Positions 9,029 through 18,207 of a DNA stretch of 51,153 bases are shown piece after piece. The translations under genes were made by a program, and so were the position numbers. How positions within the stretch are numbered: position 1 is the stretch's first letter; the number at the start of each line of letters is the position of its first letter. Where the stretch lies: the NCBI GenBank assembly GCA_039794085.1, contig JBDIWC010000032.1, forward strand, positions 1 through 51,153. Reading direction: 5' to 3'. Under the pieces are notes generated by a model, which was given only the letters and a program-made list of their open reading frames with translations, was not told where the DNA came from and did no database searches. The DNA comes from Gemmatimonadales bacterium. Lineage in GTDB: Bacteria; Gemmatimonadota; Gemmatimonadetes; Gemmatimonadales; GWC2-71-9.

Positions 9029-9069
9029 CCCTCACCCCCGGCCCCTCTCCCGCAGGGCGGGAGAGGGGG
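9029..9069. repeat. CCCTCACCCCCGGCCCCTCTCCC...GGGAGAGGGG palindromic repeat
   Basis: Hairpin CCCCTCTCCCGC-AGG-GCGGGAGAGGGG; second copy at 2281-2313. Confidence 0.8.
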
Positions 9070-9099
9070 GAGCGGCACCTTGCGGTGAGGACTTCTTCC

Positions 9100-9166
9100 C
9101 TACCGCCCACCGCCTACCGCCTACATTGGTCATTGGTAATTGTTCATTGTCCATTGTATATTGTGC
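9100..9166. repeat. Two abutting heptamer arrays (CTACCGC)n and (ATTGKNN)n
   Basis: ctaccgc ccaccgc ctaccgc, then attggtc attggta attgttc attgtcc attgtat attgtgc. Confidence 0.8.
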
Positions 9167-9267
9167 GTGCCCCAGGTCCGAAGGGCGTCGGCGCGTGAAT
9201 CGCGTCAGGACCTTGCCGGTAGCAGCGCTAAGCGATGTCCGGTGTCGCTTTGGGAAGCCTGGGGCGT
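9167..9267 (+). ncRNA. ffs: Signal recognition particle (4.5S) RNA, small bacterial type, variant apical loop
   Basis: GTCAGG-ACC-TTGCC-GGT-AGCAGC domain IV core; closing stem GCCCCAGG/CCTGGGGC; TATATT just upstream; classical position upstream of dnaX. Confidence 0.85.
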
Positions 9268-9280
9268 TTTCTTTCCTTCC

Positions 9281-11005
9281 ATGAGCATAGCCCTCGCCCG
9301 TCGTTACCGTCCCCGGCGTTTCGCCGACCTTCTGGTACAGGATCATGTGGCCGAGGCCCTGCGCGGGGCCGTGTCCCGCAACCGGGTCGGCCACGGGTAT
9401 CTGCTGACCGGGCCCCGGGGTGTCGGGAAGACCAGTGCCGCGCGGATCCTCGCCATGGCGCTCAACTGCGAGCGTCGCGACCCCGCCGGGGATGGGGAAC
9501 CGTGCGGGGAGTGCGAGAGTTGCCGCCGGGTCTGGACCGGGTCGGCGAGCCTCGATGTGGTGGAGATCGACGCGGCGAGCAATCGCGGCGTGGACGACGC
9601 CCGAGATCTGCGGGAGCGGGCGATGTATGCCGCATCCCAGGCGGGGCACCACAAGGTCTACATCGTGGACGAGGCCCACATGTTGACCCGCGAGGCGTGG
9701 AATGCCCTCCTCAAGATTCTCGAGGAACCCCCTCCCGGGGTGGTGTTCGTCTTCGCCACGACCGAGCCCCAGAAAATCGCCTCGACCGCGGCTCCGGTGA
9801 TGAGTCGGCTGCAGCGGTTCGACTTCCGGCGCATCGGTCCGGTGGCGATCCGGGACCGGCTGCGCGCGGTGCTCGAGGCCGAGGGCCTCACCGCCGATGA
9901 TGATGCCCTCCTGCTGATCGGCCGGACCGCCGACGGCGGGATGCGGGATGCGCTCTCGATCCTCGACCAGTGCCTGAGCTTCGGGGAGGGGCCGATCACC
10001 GCGGAACGGGTGCGACAACTCCTCGGTCTGATCGATGAGGACGTCTTTGCCGACGTGCTGCGCAGTGTGGCGGACAAGGACCCGGCCCGGGTTTTCCCCA
10101 TCGTGGACCGGTTGATGGAGGCGGGCTCCGATCTGGGTGACTTCATGACCGGGCTGGGTGAGACGATTCGCGCCGTGCTGATGGCGGGATACGACGCGGA
10201 ACCCGCCGGTCTCACGGAGCGGATGCGGCAGGTCATCGCCGAATTCCGGGTGGCGCTCCCGGCGGAGGATCTGGTGCGGATGCTGCGCCTCCTGGCCGAG
10301 AGCGAAACGGCGATCCGCCGCAGCGCTTCTCCCCGGCTCGTGGTCGAGACCCTCCTCCTCCGCTGGACCCTGATGGACCGGACGGTGGACCTGGCGGAGG
10401 TACTGCGCGGAGGGGCCCCGGAGGGCGGGACCGCATCCGCCTCCCCGGCACCGGCGGCACCCAGACGCGCGGCGCCGGTGGCCCGGGAGTCCTCGGCACC
10501 GCCCTTGCCCCCGGAACCGCGGCCCCGCGCATCGTCACCGTCGGCATCCCCGTCCTCGTCGTCCCCGCCGGCCGAGGTCCCGCCCGCGGCGCCGGTGCGC
10601 CAGGTTCCGTTTGCTTTGGAGGCGATCCGCGCCGAGTGGGCGGGGATTGCCGCGGCGGTGAAGGCGGAGAGCCGGTTTCTCGGGGAAGCGGTCTCGAAGG
10701 CACGCCCCGCGGTGGTTGCGCCACCGATGCTCACGCTTTCCTTTGAGCCGGTCGATACCCTCCATTGGGAAAAAGTGGAGCGGGAGGCGTCTCTGGTGGA
10801 ATCGGTGCTCGCCCGCATCCTGGGAGGGCCGGTGCGGCTGGTGGTGGAGATGGGGGTGCCCGAGACCGGCGCACCGCCAAAGGCCAAACGGCTTTCCAGC
10901 GCCGAAATCCGCTCCGAACGGCTGGGAAGTCTCCGGGCCACCGATCCGGCCCTCGACACGGCGGCCGATGAATTAGATTTGGAGATCGTGGACGAGTCTC
11001 CCTAG
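9281..11005 (+). CDS. dnaX: DNA polymerase III subunit gamma/tau
   Basis: ALARRYRP start, GPRGVGKT Walker A, EIDAASNRGVDD, IVDEAHML. Confidence 0.97.
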   Translation: MSIALARRYRPRRFADLLVQDHVAEALRGAVSRNRVGHGYLLTGPRGVGKTSAARILAMALNCERRDPAGDGEPCGECESCRRVWTGSASLDVVEIDAASNRGVDDARDLRERAMYAASQAGHHKVYIVDEAHMLTREAWNALLKILEEPPPGVVFVFATTEPQKIASTAAPVMSRLQRFDFRRIGPVAIRDRLRAVLEAEGLTADDDALLLIGRTADGGMRDALSILDQCLSFGEGPITAERVRQLLGLIDEDVFADVLRSVADKDPARVFPIVDRLMEAGSDLGDFMTGLGETIRAVLMAGYDAEPAGLTERMRQVIAEFRVALPAEDLVRMLRLLAESETAIRRSASPRLVVETLLLRWTLMDRTVDLAEVLRGGAPEGGTASASPAPAAPRRAAPVARESSAPPLPPEPRPRASSPSASPSSSSPPAEVPPAAPVRQVPFALEAIRAEWAGIAAAVKAESRFLGEAVSKARPAVVAPPMLTLSFEPVDTLHWEKVEREASLVESVLARILGGPVRLVVEMGVPETGAPPKAKRLSSAEIRSERLGSLRATDPALDTAADELDLEIVDESP

Positions 11006-11029
11006 GGACATTCCGGGAAGGGCAGTTTC

Positions 11030-11338
11030 ATGGCTGATTTGCAACACTTGTTTCAACTCGGGCAGCAGGTCCAGGGCCGCCTGCAGCAGCTCCAGAGCGA
11101 CCTCGCCGACCAGATGGTCGAGGCGACCTCCGGGGCGGGCTTGGTGCGGGTATCCTGTGACGGGCGGGGTGTGATCCGTGCGGTGACGATCGAACCGGCG
11201 GCCTTTGAGGGCCGGGACGCCGACCTCCTGGCCGATCTGGTCCTCGGCGCGGTCGCCGAGGCCCAGCGACGAGCCGCCGCCCTGGCCCAGGCGGAGATGC
11301 GACGGGTCCAGGATCCTCCCTTTCCTCCGGCACTGTAG
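11030..11338 (+). CDS. ybaB: YbaB/EbfC nucleoid-associated protein
   Basis: EATSGAGLVRV motif; located between dnaX and recR. Confidence 0.92.
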   Translation: MADLQHLFQLGQQVQGRLQQLQSDLADQMVEATSGAGLVRVSCDGRGVIRAVTIEPAAFEGRDADLLADLVLGAVAEAQRRAAALAQAEMRRVQDPPFPPAL

Positions 11339-11341
11339 GGC

Positions 11342-11932
11342 GTGGCCGCTCTCGATGAGCTGGTGACGGAACTGGCCCGCCTCCCGGGCATCGGCCGGAA
11401 AACGGCGCATCGGCTCACCTTTCACCTGCTCCAGCAGCCCGGTGACGCCGCGCGCCGCCTGGCGCAAGCCCTCACAGCGGTGGCGGACCGGGTCCGTCCG
11501 TGCAGCCGGTGTGGCAATCTGACCGAGGGCGACCCCTGTACCATCTGTGGCGATCCGCGGCGGGACGCGGCGGTGATCTGCGTGGTCGAGGAGCCCTCGG
11601 CGGTGGCGGTGGTGGAACGGGGGACCGGTTTTCGCGGCCGGTATGTCGTGTTGGGGGGGCACCTCTCTCCGCTGGAGGGGAAGGGACCCGATTCGCTCCG
11701 GCTCGACCTGCTCACCGAGCGGCTGGGGGAGGGCGGAGTGACGGAGGTCATCCTGGCCACCAACCCTTCGCTGGAGGGGGAGGCCACGGCCACCTATGTG
11801 CAACAGATCGTGAGCCCCTTCGGGGTCCGGGTGACCCGGCTCGCCCGGGGACTCCCCATGGGGGGGGATCTCGAATACATCGACGGGGTGACCCTGAGCC
11901 ATGCGCTCGATGCCCGCCGGGAGGTGGTGTGA
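11342..11932 (+). CDS. recR: Recombination mediator RecR
   Basis: LPGIGRKTA HhH, C4 zinc finger, EVILATNPSLEGEATA Toprim. Confidence 0.97.
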   Translation: MAALDELVTELARLPGIGRKTAHRLTFHLLQQPGDAARRLAQALTAVADRVRPCSRCGNLTEGDPCTICGDPRRDAAVICVVEEPSAVAVVERGTGFRGRYVVLGGHLSPLEGKGPDSLRLDLLTERLGEGGVTEVILATNPSLEGEATATYVQQIVSPFGVRVTRLARGLPMGGDLEYIDGVTLSHALDARREVV

Positions 11933-12219
11933 GGGGGGGCCGGGTGGCCGTGATCCTCGGGGCCACGGCCCTGGGAACGGTTCTGGGCTGGATGGTGGCC
12001 CAGTCTCACGTTGCGCGGCACGGGGCCGACCTCTTCAGTCCGAAGCCCTGGCGGCGGTTCGCCGCGCTGGGAGCCCTGGCCGGTCAGGCCACCCCTGATT
12101 CGATTCCCGTGCTGCAGGATTATCTTGCGTGGGAATCGTCACCGGTGCTGCGTCGGCAGGCCCGCCGGTTGCTCCGTCACCTGCTCTCCACCCTGGATGA
12201 GGAGCCGACCCGCGCATGA
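11929..12219 (+). CDS. Hypothetical protein, N-terminal TM plus HEAT-like helices (96 aa)
   Basis: GTGA overlap with recR stop and ATGA overlap with mglB start. Confidence 0.75.
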   Translation: MRGGRVAVILGATALGTVLGWMVAQSHVARHGADLFSPKPWRRFAALGALAGQATPDSIPVLQDYLAWESSPVLRRQARRLLRHLLSTLDEEPTRA

Positions 12220-12713
12220 GCGGTGCCGCCAGTTGGTCCCTGCACGAGGAGGATGCGGGCCGGATCGAGACGATCCTCTCCCGGTTCCTGGGCGAGGCCG
12301 AGGCCCGCACCGCCCTCCTGGTGGACCGGACGGGGCAGATGCTGGCCAGTGTCGGGGAGGCCCCCCAGTTTGATCCGGTGGCCTTCGCGTCGCTCACGGC
12401 GGCGGACTTCAGCGCCAACGATCAGCTGGCCCGGATGCTGGGCGAGAACGAGTTCGGGGCCCTCTTTCACCAGGGGGAACGCGAGTCCCTGTACCTCGCG
12501 GACATCGCCCGGCGGGTCATTCTGGTCATTCTGTTCGACAATCGCACGACCCTCGGACTGGTGCGGCTCCGGGTGCGCCCGGTGGCGCGGGACCTGACCG
12601 ACCTGTTCACCGAGCTGTTCGCCCGGGGATCGACCGGGTCGCAGAGCTTTCAGGTCGGCGATGAATTTCTTGGGGAGGCAGAGGATGAAATCGACAAACT
12701 CTTCGGTGCGTGA
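12216..12713 (+). CDS. mglB: Roadblock/LC7 GTPase-activating protein MglB
   Basis: ALLVDRTGQ, FASLTAADF, LFHQGE, LGLVRLR; directly precedes mglA. Confidence 0.92.
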   Translation: MSGAASWSLHEEDAGRIETILSRFLGEAEARTALLVDRTGQMLASVGEAPQFDPVAFASLTAADFSANDQLARMLGENEFGALFHQGERESLYLADIARRVILVILFDNRTTLGLVRLRVRPVARDLTDLFTELFARGSTGSQSFQVGDEFLGEAEDEIDKLFGA

Positions 12714-12725
12714 GGACGGGACCGG

Positions 12726-13400
12726 ATGTCGCTGATCAACTACGCCTCGCGCGAGATCAACTGCAAGCTCGTCTACTACGGCCCCGGCCTGGGCGGCAAG
12801 ACGACCAATCTCGAGTACGTCTACGAAAAGGTCGCCCCCGGGGCCAAGGGGAAGATGATCTCCCTGGCCACCGAAACGGAGCGCACGCTCTTCTTCGACT
12901 TTCTCCCCGTCGACCTGGGTTCCATCCGGGGCTTCAAGACCCGGTTCCACCTCTACACGGTGCCGGGCCAGGTGTACTACAACGCCAGCCGGAAGCTGAT
13001 CCTGAAGGGCGTGGACGGTGTCGTTTTCGTGGCCGACAGCCAGATCGAGCGCATGGAGGCGAACATCGAGGCGATGCAGAACCTCTATGACAACATGACG
13101 CAGCACGGCTATGATGTCACCCGCATGCCGTTCGTCATCCAGTACAACAAGCGGGACCTGCCGAACGCCGCCCCGCTCCAGGAACTGCAGGACAACCTGA
13201 ACCCGGGCTGGCCGGTCGAGGATCCGGCCCGGCAACGGACCCTGCCCGACCCGGACCGGCCGGGGGAGTTCCTGGTGCAGCAGGTGGAGGGCACCTGGAT
13301 CGAAAGGGTTCCCTACTTCGAAGGGGTGGCCACCCGGGGGACCGGCGTGTTCGACACCCTCCGCGCGATCAGCAAACTGGTGCTGAAAACGCTGGGCTGA
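12726..13400 (+). CDS. mglA: Small Ras-like GTPase MglA
   Basis: [37 protein letters not shown]. Confidence 0.95.
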   Translation: MSLINYASREINCKLVYYGPGLGGKTTNLEYVYEKVAPGAKGKMISLATETERTLFFDFLPVDLGSIRGFKTRFHLYTVPGQVYYNASRKLILKGVDGVVFVADSQIERMEANIEAMQNLYDNMTQHGYDVTRMPFVIQYNKRDLPNAAPLQELQDNLNPGWPVEDPARQRTLPDPDRPGEFLVQQVEGTWIERVPYFEGVATRGTGVFDTLRAISKLVLKTLG

Positions 13401-13405
13401 TTCCC

Positions 13406-14044
13406 ATGTGGACGTTGCCCAACCTCCTCACCCTGGCGCGGATCGCCATCACGCCGGTGGTGGCGTTCCTGCCGTTCATCGACGGGGTGTGGCCCAAGGT
13501 GGCGGCCTTCATCATCTTCGTGCTTGCCGCGGTGACGGACGTGTGGGACGGGCACCTGGCCCGGACCCGGGGCCAGGTGACCGATCTCGGCAAGCTGCTC
13601 GATCCCATCGCGGACAAGCTGCTCCTCCTCGCCACGCTGGTGCCGATCTGGTGGATCAGCACCGAACGGCGCGATCTCTATGACATCCCGGTCTGGGGCA
13701 GCATCCCCCTCTGGGTGCTTCTCCTGCTGATCGGCCGGGAGATGGCGATGACGTGGTTTCGGTGGTGGGCGCGGCGCCGCGGCGTGATCATCGCCGCGCA
13801 GGGGACGGGGAAGCTCAAGACCGTCCTGCAGAACATCTTCATCGGCGCCACCATCGCCTGGTTCGCCTTTCGCAACGCCTTCCGTCCCTTCGGGTGGGAT
13901 GCGGTGCCATTCGGCCGCTTCTGGAACGAATTCCACGGGGGGTTCGTGGCGGTGACCCTGGCCATCGCCCTGACCCTCACGATCACCAGTTTCGTCACCT
14001 ACCTGTACCGTTACCGCGACATCTTCACCATGCCCCGCCGATAG
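13406..14044 (+). CDS. pgsA: CDP-alcohol phosphatidyltransferase (PgsA-like)
   Basis: TLPNLLTLAR; DVWDGHLAR...LGKLLDPIADK motif. Confidence 0.88.
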   Translation: MWTLPNLLTLARIAITPVVAFLPFIDGVWPKVAAFIIFVLAAVTDVWDGHLARTRGQVTDLGKLLDPIADKLLLLATLVPIWWISTERRDLYDIPVWGSIPLWVLLLLIGREMAMTWFRWWARRRGVIIAAQGTGKLKTVLQNIFIGATIAWFAFRNAFRPFGWDAVPFGRFWNEFHGGFVAVTLAIALTLTITSFVTYLYRYRDIFTMPRR

Positions 14045-14045
14045 G

Positions 14046-15314
14046 GTGCCCGTGGATCTCGACGTCGTCGCGATCGGGACCGAACTGCTCCTGGGATTCA
14101 CCGTCGACACCAACGCCCGGACCCTGGGGCAGGAGCTCGCCGCCATCGGGGTCCGCGTGGCCCGGCGCACCACCGTGCCCGACGACCCGGAGGCGATTCG
14201 CGATGCCGTCTCCCGTGCCCTCGGCCGCACCGGCATCGTGCTCACCACCGGGGGCCTGGGACCCACCCGCGACGACATCTCCAAACAGGTGATCGCCGAC
14301 CTGTACGGGTGGCCCCTGGAGTGGCAGCCGGCCATCTGGGAAGCCCTGGTGGCCCGGTTCGCGGCCGCGGGGCGGGTACCGGTTGCGGCAAACCGCTGTC
14401 AGGCCGAGGTGCCGGCGGGGGCCGTGGTTCTGCCCAACCCGCGAGGGACCGCCCCCGGGCTCTGGCTCGAGGGCGAGCCCGGGATCGTCATCATGCTCCC
14501 CGGGGTGCCGCGCGAAATGGCGGGTCTCCTGCGGGAGGAGGTGATGCCGCGTCTCGCGGACCGGGTCCGTGCCCGGGCCCCGGAACGGGTACCGCCCGTC
14601 ATTCGCTCGCTCGTGATCCGGACCACCGGTCTCCCGGAATCCTCCCTGGCCGAGCAGGTGGCCGGAGTGGAGGAGAGGATCGCTCCCCTCACCCTCGCCT
14701 ACCTGCCCGGCGTCGAGGGGGTCGATCTCCGGCTCACCGCCTGGAATCTCCCGCTCACCGAGGCGGACCGCCTTCTGGCCGCGGCCGCAACCGGCCTGGA
14801 GCGCATCCTGGCTCCGTACGCCTGGGGGCGAGGGGACGACAACATTGCGGCCCGGGTGCTCGAGGCCGCTCGCGCCGCCGGCCACACCCTGGCACTGGCC
14901 GAATCGTGCACCGGAGGGGGCATTGCGGCCCGTCTCACGGAGGTGCCGGGGAGCAGCGATGTGATGCGGGGAGGGATCGTGGCGTACCACAATGAGGTGA
15001 AGGAGGGATCCCTCGGCGTTCCCGGCGGCCTGCTCGAGGCTCATGGGGCGGTGAGTGCCGAGGTGGCTGGAGCGATGGCCACCGGAGCGATCGAGCGTCT
15101 GGGGGCCACCGTGGCGCTCGCGGTGACCGGAATCGCGGGCCCCGGGGGCGGAACGCCGGAGCGACCGGTGGGCCAGGTCTGGTTCGGGCTGGCCGGTCCC
15201 TGGGGACTCACCACGGTGCGGCATCGGTTCGTTGGAAATCGGGCGGAGATCAGGGCGAGGACCGCGCAATTCGGGCTCTTCCTGCTGCTGGGAAGTTTGA
15301 AGGGTGAACGGTGA
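14046..15314 (+). CDS. cinA: Competence/damage-inducible protein A (MoCF-biosynth + NMN deamidase)
   Basis: IGTELLLG, GGLGPTRDD, LAESCTGG, TGIAGPGGG. Confidence 0.95.
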   Translation: MPVDLDVVAIGTELLLGFTVDTNARTLGQELAAIGVRVARRTTVPDDPEAIRDAVSRALGRTGIVLTTGGLGPTRDDISKQVIADLYGWPLEWQPAIWEALVARFAAAGRVPVAANRCQAEVPAGAVVLPNPRGTAPGLWLEGEPGIVIMLPGVPREMAGLLREEVMPRLADRVRARAPERVPPVIRSLVIRTTGLPESSLAEQVAGVEERIAPLTLAYLPGVEGVDLRLTAWNLPLTEADRLLAAAATGLERILAPYAWGRGDDNIAARVLEAARAAGHTLALAESCTGGGIAARLTEVPGSSDVMRGGIVAYHNEVKEGSLGVPGGLLEAHGAVSAEVAGAMATGAIERLGATVALAVTGIAGPGGGTPERPVGQVWFGLAGPWGLTTVRHRFVGNRAEIRARTAQFGLFLLLGSLKGER

Positions 15315-15514
15315 AGGAGGAAGGAACTTCGGGGTCTTCTCCAGCTCAGGTGATCTTTGTTCAGTCGTCATTCCGAATGAAAGAGAGAGTCCTGTCCCGA
15401 GCCTGCGAGGGAATTTGAGGAAATGGAACTGCCTCAACGCAAAGGCGCCAGGACGCCGGGGCGCATCGGTGCGGGGAGCCCACGGAGGGATCCCCATCGA
15501 AATGAACAGGATTG

Positions 15515-15976
15515 GGGGGCTCACGCGGCTGGGGAGGAGCAAGAGACTGCACCACGAAACGACACGAACGGGGGTGGGGGGGGAACTCTTGATGAGCGGC
15601 GGTTCGGCTGGACACGAGAACCTATGCCGATCCCTGAAGAGCCCTTTTGTGTTTCTTGTGCTTTTTGTGGTTGGCTTTCAGTCCTCCTTCCTCCTTCACA
15701 CTTCGAACTTCGAACTTCAAACTTCTTCAGTCCACCTCCCAGGTTTCCCAGGTGAGCCGGCACTGCTGCTCGAAGAGGTCGGGTGGGTGGGGAAATGGCC
15801 ACAAGAGGCACAAGAGGCACAAAGGCACGAGACCCGGCGGAGGGAGAGGAACCTGCGGACATCTTTTTGTAGGCTCTTCCGGGTTTCGCGTGGGTAGGGC
15901 CTGGCGCGGCCCGCGAGAGGATGGGGGCTCACGCGGCTGGGGAGGAGCAAGAGACTCGACCACGAAAAGGCACGAA
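15515..15976. repeat. Mosaic of composite repeats (tandem variants of one unit; 9/10-mer arms, heptamers, ISL3-like termini)
   Basis: 34-bp identical repeat 15515-15548/15923-15956; 57-bp repeat 15662-15718/17444-17500 with 1 mismatch. Confidence 0.85.
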
Positions 15977-17347
15977 GGTTCTTCTCCAATTTAGGTGCAG
16001 GCGCGGCCCGGGAATGCCTGCTTAACCTTGAGGGCGAAGTAGTCCGGATCGTGGAATCCGTACGCTTTGCGCTTGATCACCTTGATGCGGTTGTTCACTC
16101 CTTCGAGCCGACTCGTAGGGATCGGATAGTGGGCATGCGCCACGATCCCGCGCTCATGTCGTCGGAGCTTGGCGGCGAACTCGACCAAGGCCGGGATCTG
16201 GCTCTCCTCCGCCAGCGTGCACCAGGTCCGGAGCGCGCGCCGGGCGGCCCAGGGTCGGCGGATCGTCCAGATCGCCTTCAGCGGCTCCTTGAGGACGCAG
16301 GCGGTGGAGATCGTCGCGTTCATCCGGAGAATCTCCTCCAGGGCCGGGCGCTGCTCGGGGGTCAGGTTCTCCTCGTTCGTGTAGAGGAGGTACCGGCTGC
16401 CCTTGATCACCTTCCGCATCTCCTTGTCGGGGGCCGCCTGATACGCCGCGATCCGCACGCGATCCAGCACCTCCCGGTGGTAGAGCGCCACCACATGGAA
16501 GAGATCGTAGACGATCCGAGCGTGCGGGAGGTGGGTGTGTACCGCCTTCTCGTAGGGCTTCCACATGTCCATCGCGACCGCCTCGATGCCGGCCCGCTCG
16601 TCCTTCGTCAGGAGCTCGAAGAAGCTGCGGAGTGTCTCGTAGCGCCGGTCGAGCCCCATCCACACGACCCGGCCCGTCACGTAGTCAAGAACCACCGTCA
16701 TGTACCGGGAGCCCTTCCGGATCGCGATTTCATCAATCGCCAGGATCCGCAGCCCGCTCGTGTCGGTGCCCCCGAAATCCTTCGCGAGCACCGCGTGATC
16801 ACACCGCTTGACGAGCTTCCAGTCGAGCCCCAGATGGCGGGCGACCTCGGCCACGGAGAGCATGCGGCACAGTTCAGCGATGTAGCCCGCAAGCCGCGTG
16901 GTGACGCGCTGGGACGGATCCACGAAGTCAAGGGCTTCGGTCCGGATCCGGGCACACGTCCGACAGCGGAGCCGCCGCTGGGTCACCGCCACCTGCACGG
17001 TATGCTCCCCCAGGTTCAAGTCACGGATCCGCCGCCGCGACGCCGAGTGCACCGACTGGACCCCGCCCCCACAGCCCGAGCACACCGGGGCAAAGCGCTC
17101 ATCGGGCACGGCCGAGATCACCACCGTCGGTCCCGGCTCGATGAACGTCTGCTCGACGACCTTGACTCGACGGAAGGGCAGGTATGGGGCTACACTCAGG
17201 GCGGGCATGGTCTCCTCCGGGGGGTAGGGGAATGGTGGGTGATGCTTCCATCCTCTTACCACTTGAAGGGGGCTGTGTCCACCCCCCCCGCCGCTCAAAC
17301 CATCCGAGTGTCGGCTGTCCCGCTTGCACTAAAATTGGAGAAGAACC
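15977..17347 (-). mobile_element. Complete ISL3-family insertion sequence (1371 bp) with 8-bp TSD GGCACGAA
   Basis: Terminal IRs GGTTCTTCTCCAATTT (16 bp perfect, extending imperfectly); TSD at 15969-15976 and 17348-17355. Confidence 0.95.
15991..17208 (-). CDS. ISL3 family transposase (405 aa)
   Basis: N-terminal zinc finger; LAIDE, VAMDMW, YDLFHV, EGVNNRIKVIKRKAYGF; GGAGGAG RBS before ATG 17208; stop lies within the IR. Confidence 0.96.
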   Translation of the reverse strand: MPALSVAPYLPFRRVKVVEQTFIEPGPTVVISAVPDERFAPVCSGCGGGVQSVHSASRRRIRDLNLGEHTVQVAVTQRRLRCRTCARIRTEALDFVDPSQRVTTRLAGYIAELCRMLSVAEVARHLGLDWKLVKRCDHAVLAKDFGGTDTSGLRILAIDEIAIRKGSRYMTVVLDYVTGRVVWMGLDRRYETLRSFFELLTKDERAGIEAVAMDMWKPYEKAVHTHLPHARIVYDLFHVVALYHREVLDRVRIAAYQAAPDKEMRKVIKGSRYLLYTNEENLTPEQRPALEEILRMNATISTACVLKEPLKAIWTIRRPWAARRALRTWCTLAEESQIPALVEFAAKLRRHERGIVAHAHYPIPTSRLEGVNNRIKVIKRKAYGFHDPDYFALKVKQAFPGRACT

Positions 17348-17584
17348 GGCACGAAAAGATACGAACGGGGATGGGGGGGAACTCTTTCGTGTGTTTTCGT
17401 GTATTTCGTGGTTTCGGCTGGCGGGAAAGCCCCTTATCACCCATTTTTGTGGTTGGCTTTCAGTCCTCCTTCCTCCTTCATACTTCGAACTTCGAACTTC
17501 TCCAGCCCTCCGGTCTGCAGCAGAGTTCCCTCCGTTGCTATATTGAACGCCGACATGGACCCTGAAGCCTGAGGATCTGCAGAC

Positions 17585-18205
17585 GTGACCGAACGGAAGA
17601 AGCCCGTGGCCGACCAAGAGACCCTGTCCACGTCCCAGGATGCATCAGTGGTGGAGGAGGGCGAGACCGGCGGGGACCCGGGGCGGGATGCCACCGGGGA
17701 CACAACACCTCTCGGTGGTGTCCCCGTGGAGCCCACCGCCGAACGCGCCCACCGGCTCCAGGAACAGCTCGATGAGGCGCAGGACCGACACCTTCGTCTG
17801 GCCGCCGAGTTCGACAATTTCCGCAAACGGGTGGCGCGGGAACGGCTCGAGCTGACTGACCGGGCCCAGGCGGCGCTGGTGGCCCGGCTCCTCGATGTGG
17901 TGGATGATATCGACCGGTTGGAAGCGACCGCGTCCGCGTCGGCGACGCCCGAAGCCCTGGCCGAGGGGATGATCCTGGTGGCCCGGAAGCTTCGAAAGGA
18001 GCTCGAGGCGGCCGGTCTGACCCGCATCGACCCCGTGGACCAGGCGTTCAATCCGGGAGAGCACGAGGCGGTGGCCGCCACGCCGACCACCGATCCCGCC
18101 TCTGATCAACGGGTTGCGGCCACCTTCCAGGTCGGATACCAGTTCAAGGGAACCTTGGTGCGACCCGCCCGGGTGCAGGTGTACACCGCTCAGGGAACGG
18201 TCTGA
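17585..18205 (+). CDS. grpE: Nucleotide exchange factor GrpE
   Basis: LRLAAEFDNFRKR, FNPGEHEAV, GYQFKGTLVRPARV. Confidence 0.95.
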   Translation: MTERKKPVADQETLSTSQDASVVEEGETGGDPGRDATGDTTPLGGVPVEPTAERAHRLQEQLDEAQDRHLRLAAEFDNFRKRVARERLELTDRAQAALVARLLDVVDDIDRLEATASASATPEALAEGMILVARKLRKELEAAGLTRIDPVDQAFNPGEHEAVAATPTTDPASDQRVAATFQVGYQFKGTLVRPARVQVYTAQGTV

Positions 18206-18207
18206 CC

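Noticed and set aside
9281..11005. dnaX programmed frameshift or slippage site
   Set aside because: No A6G or long A run seen; the longest is A5 near 10770.
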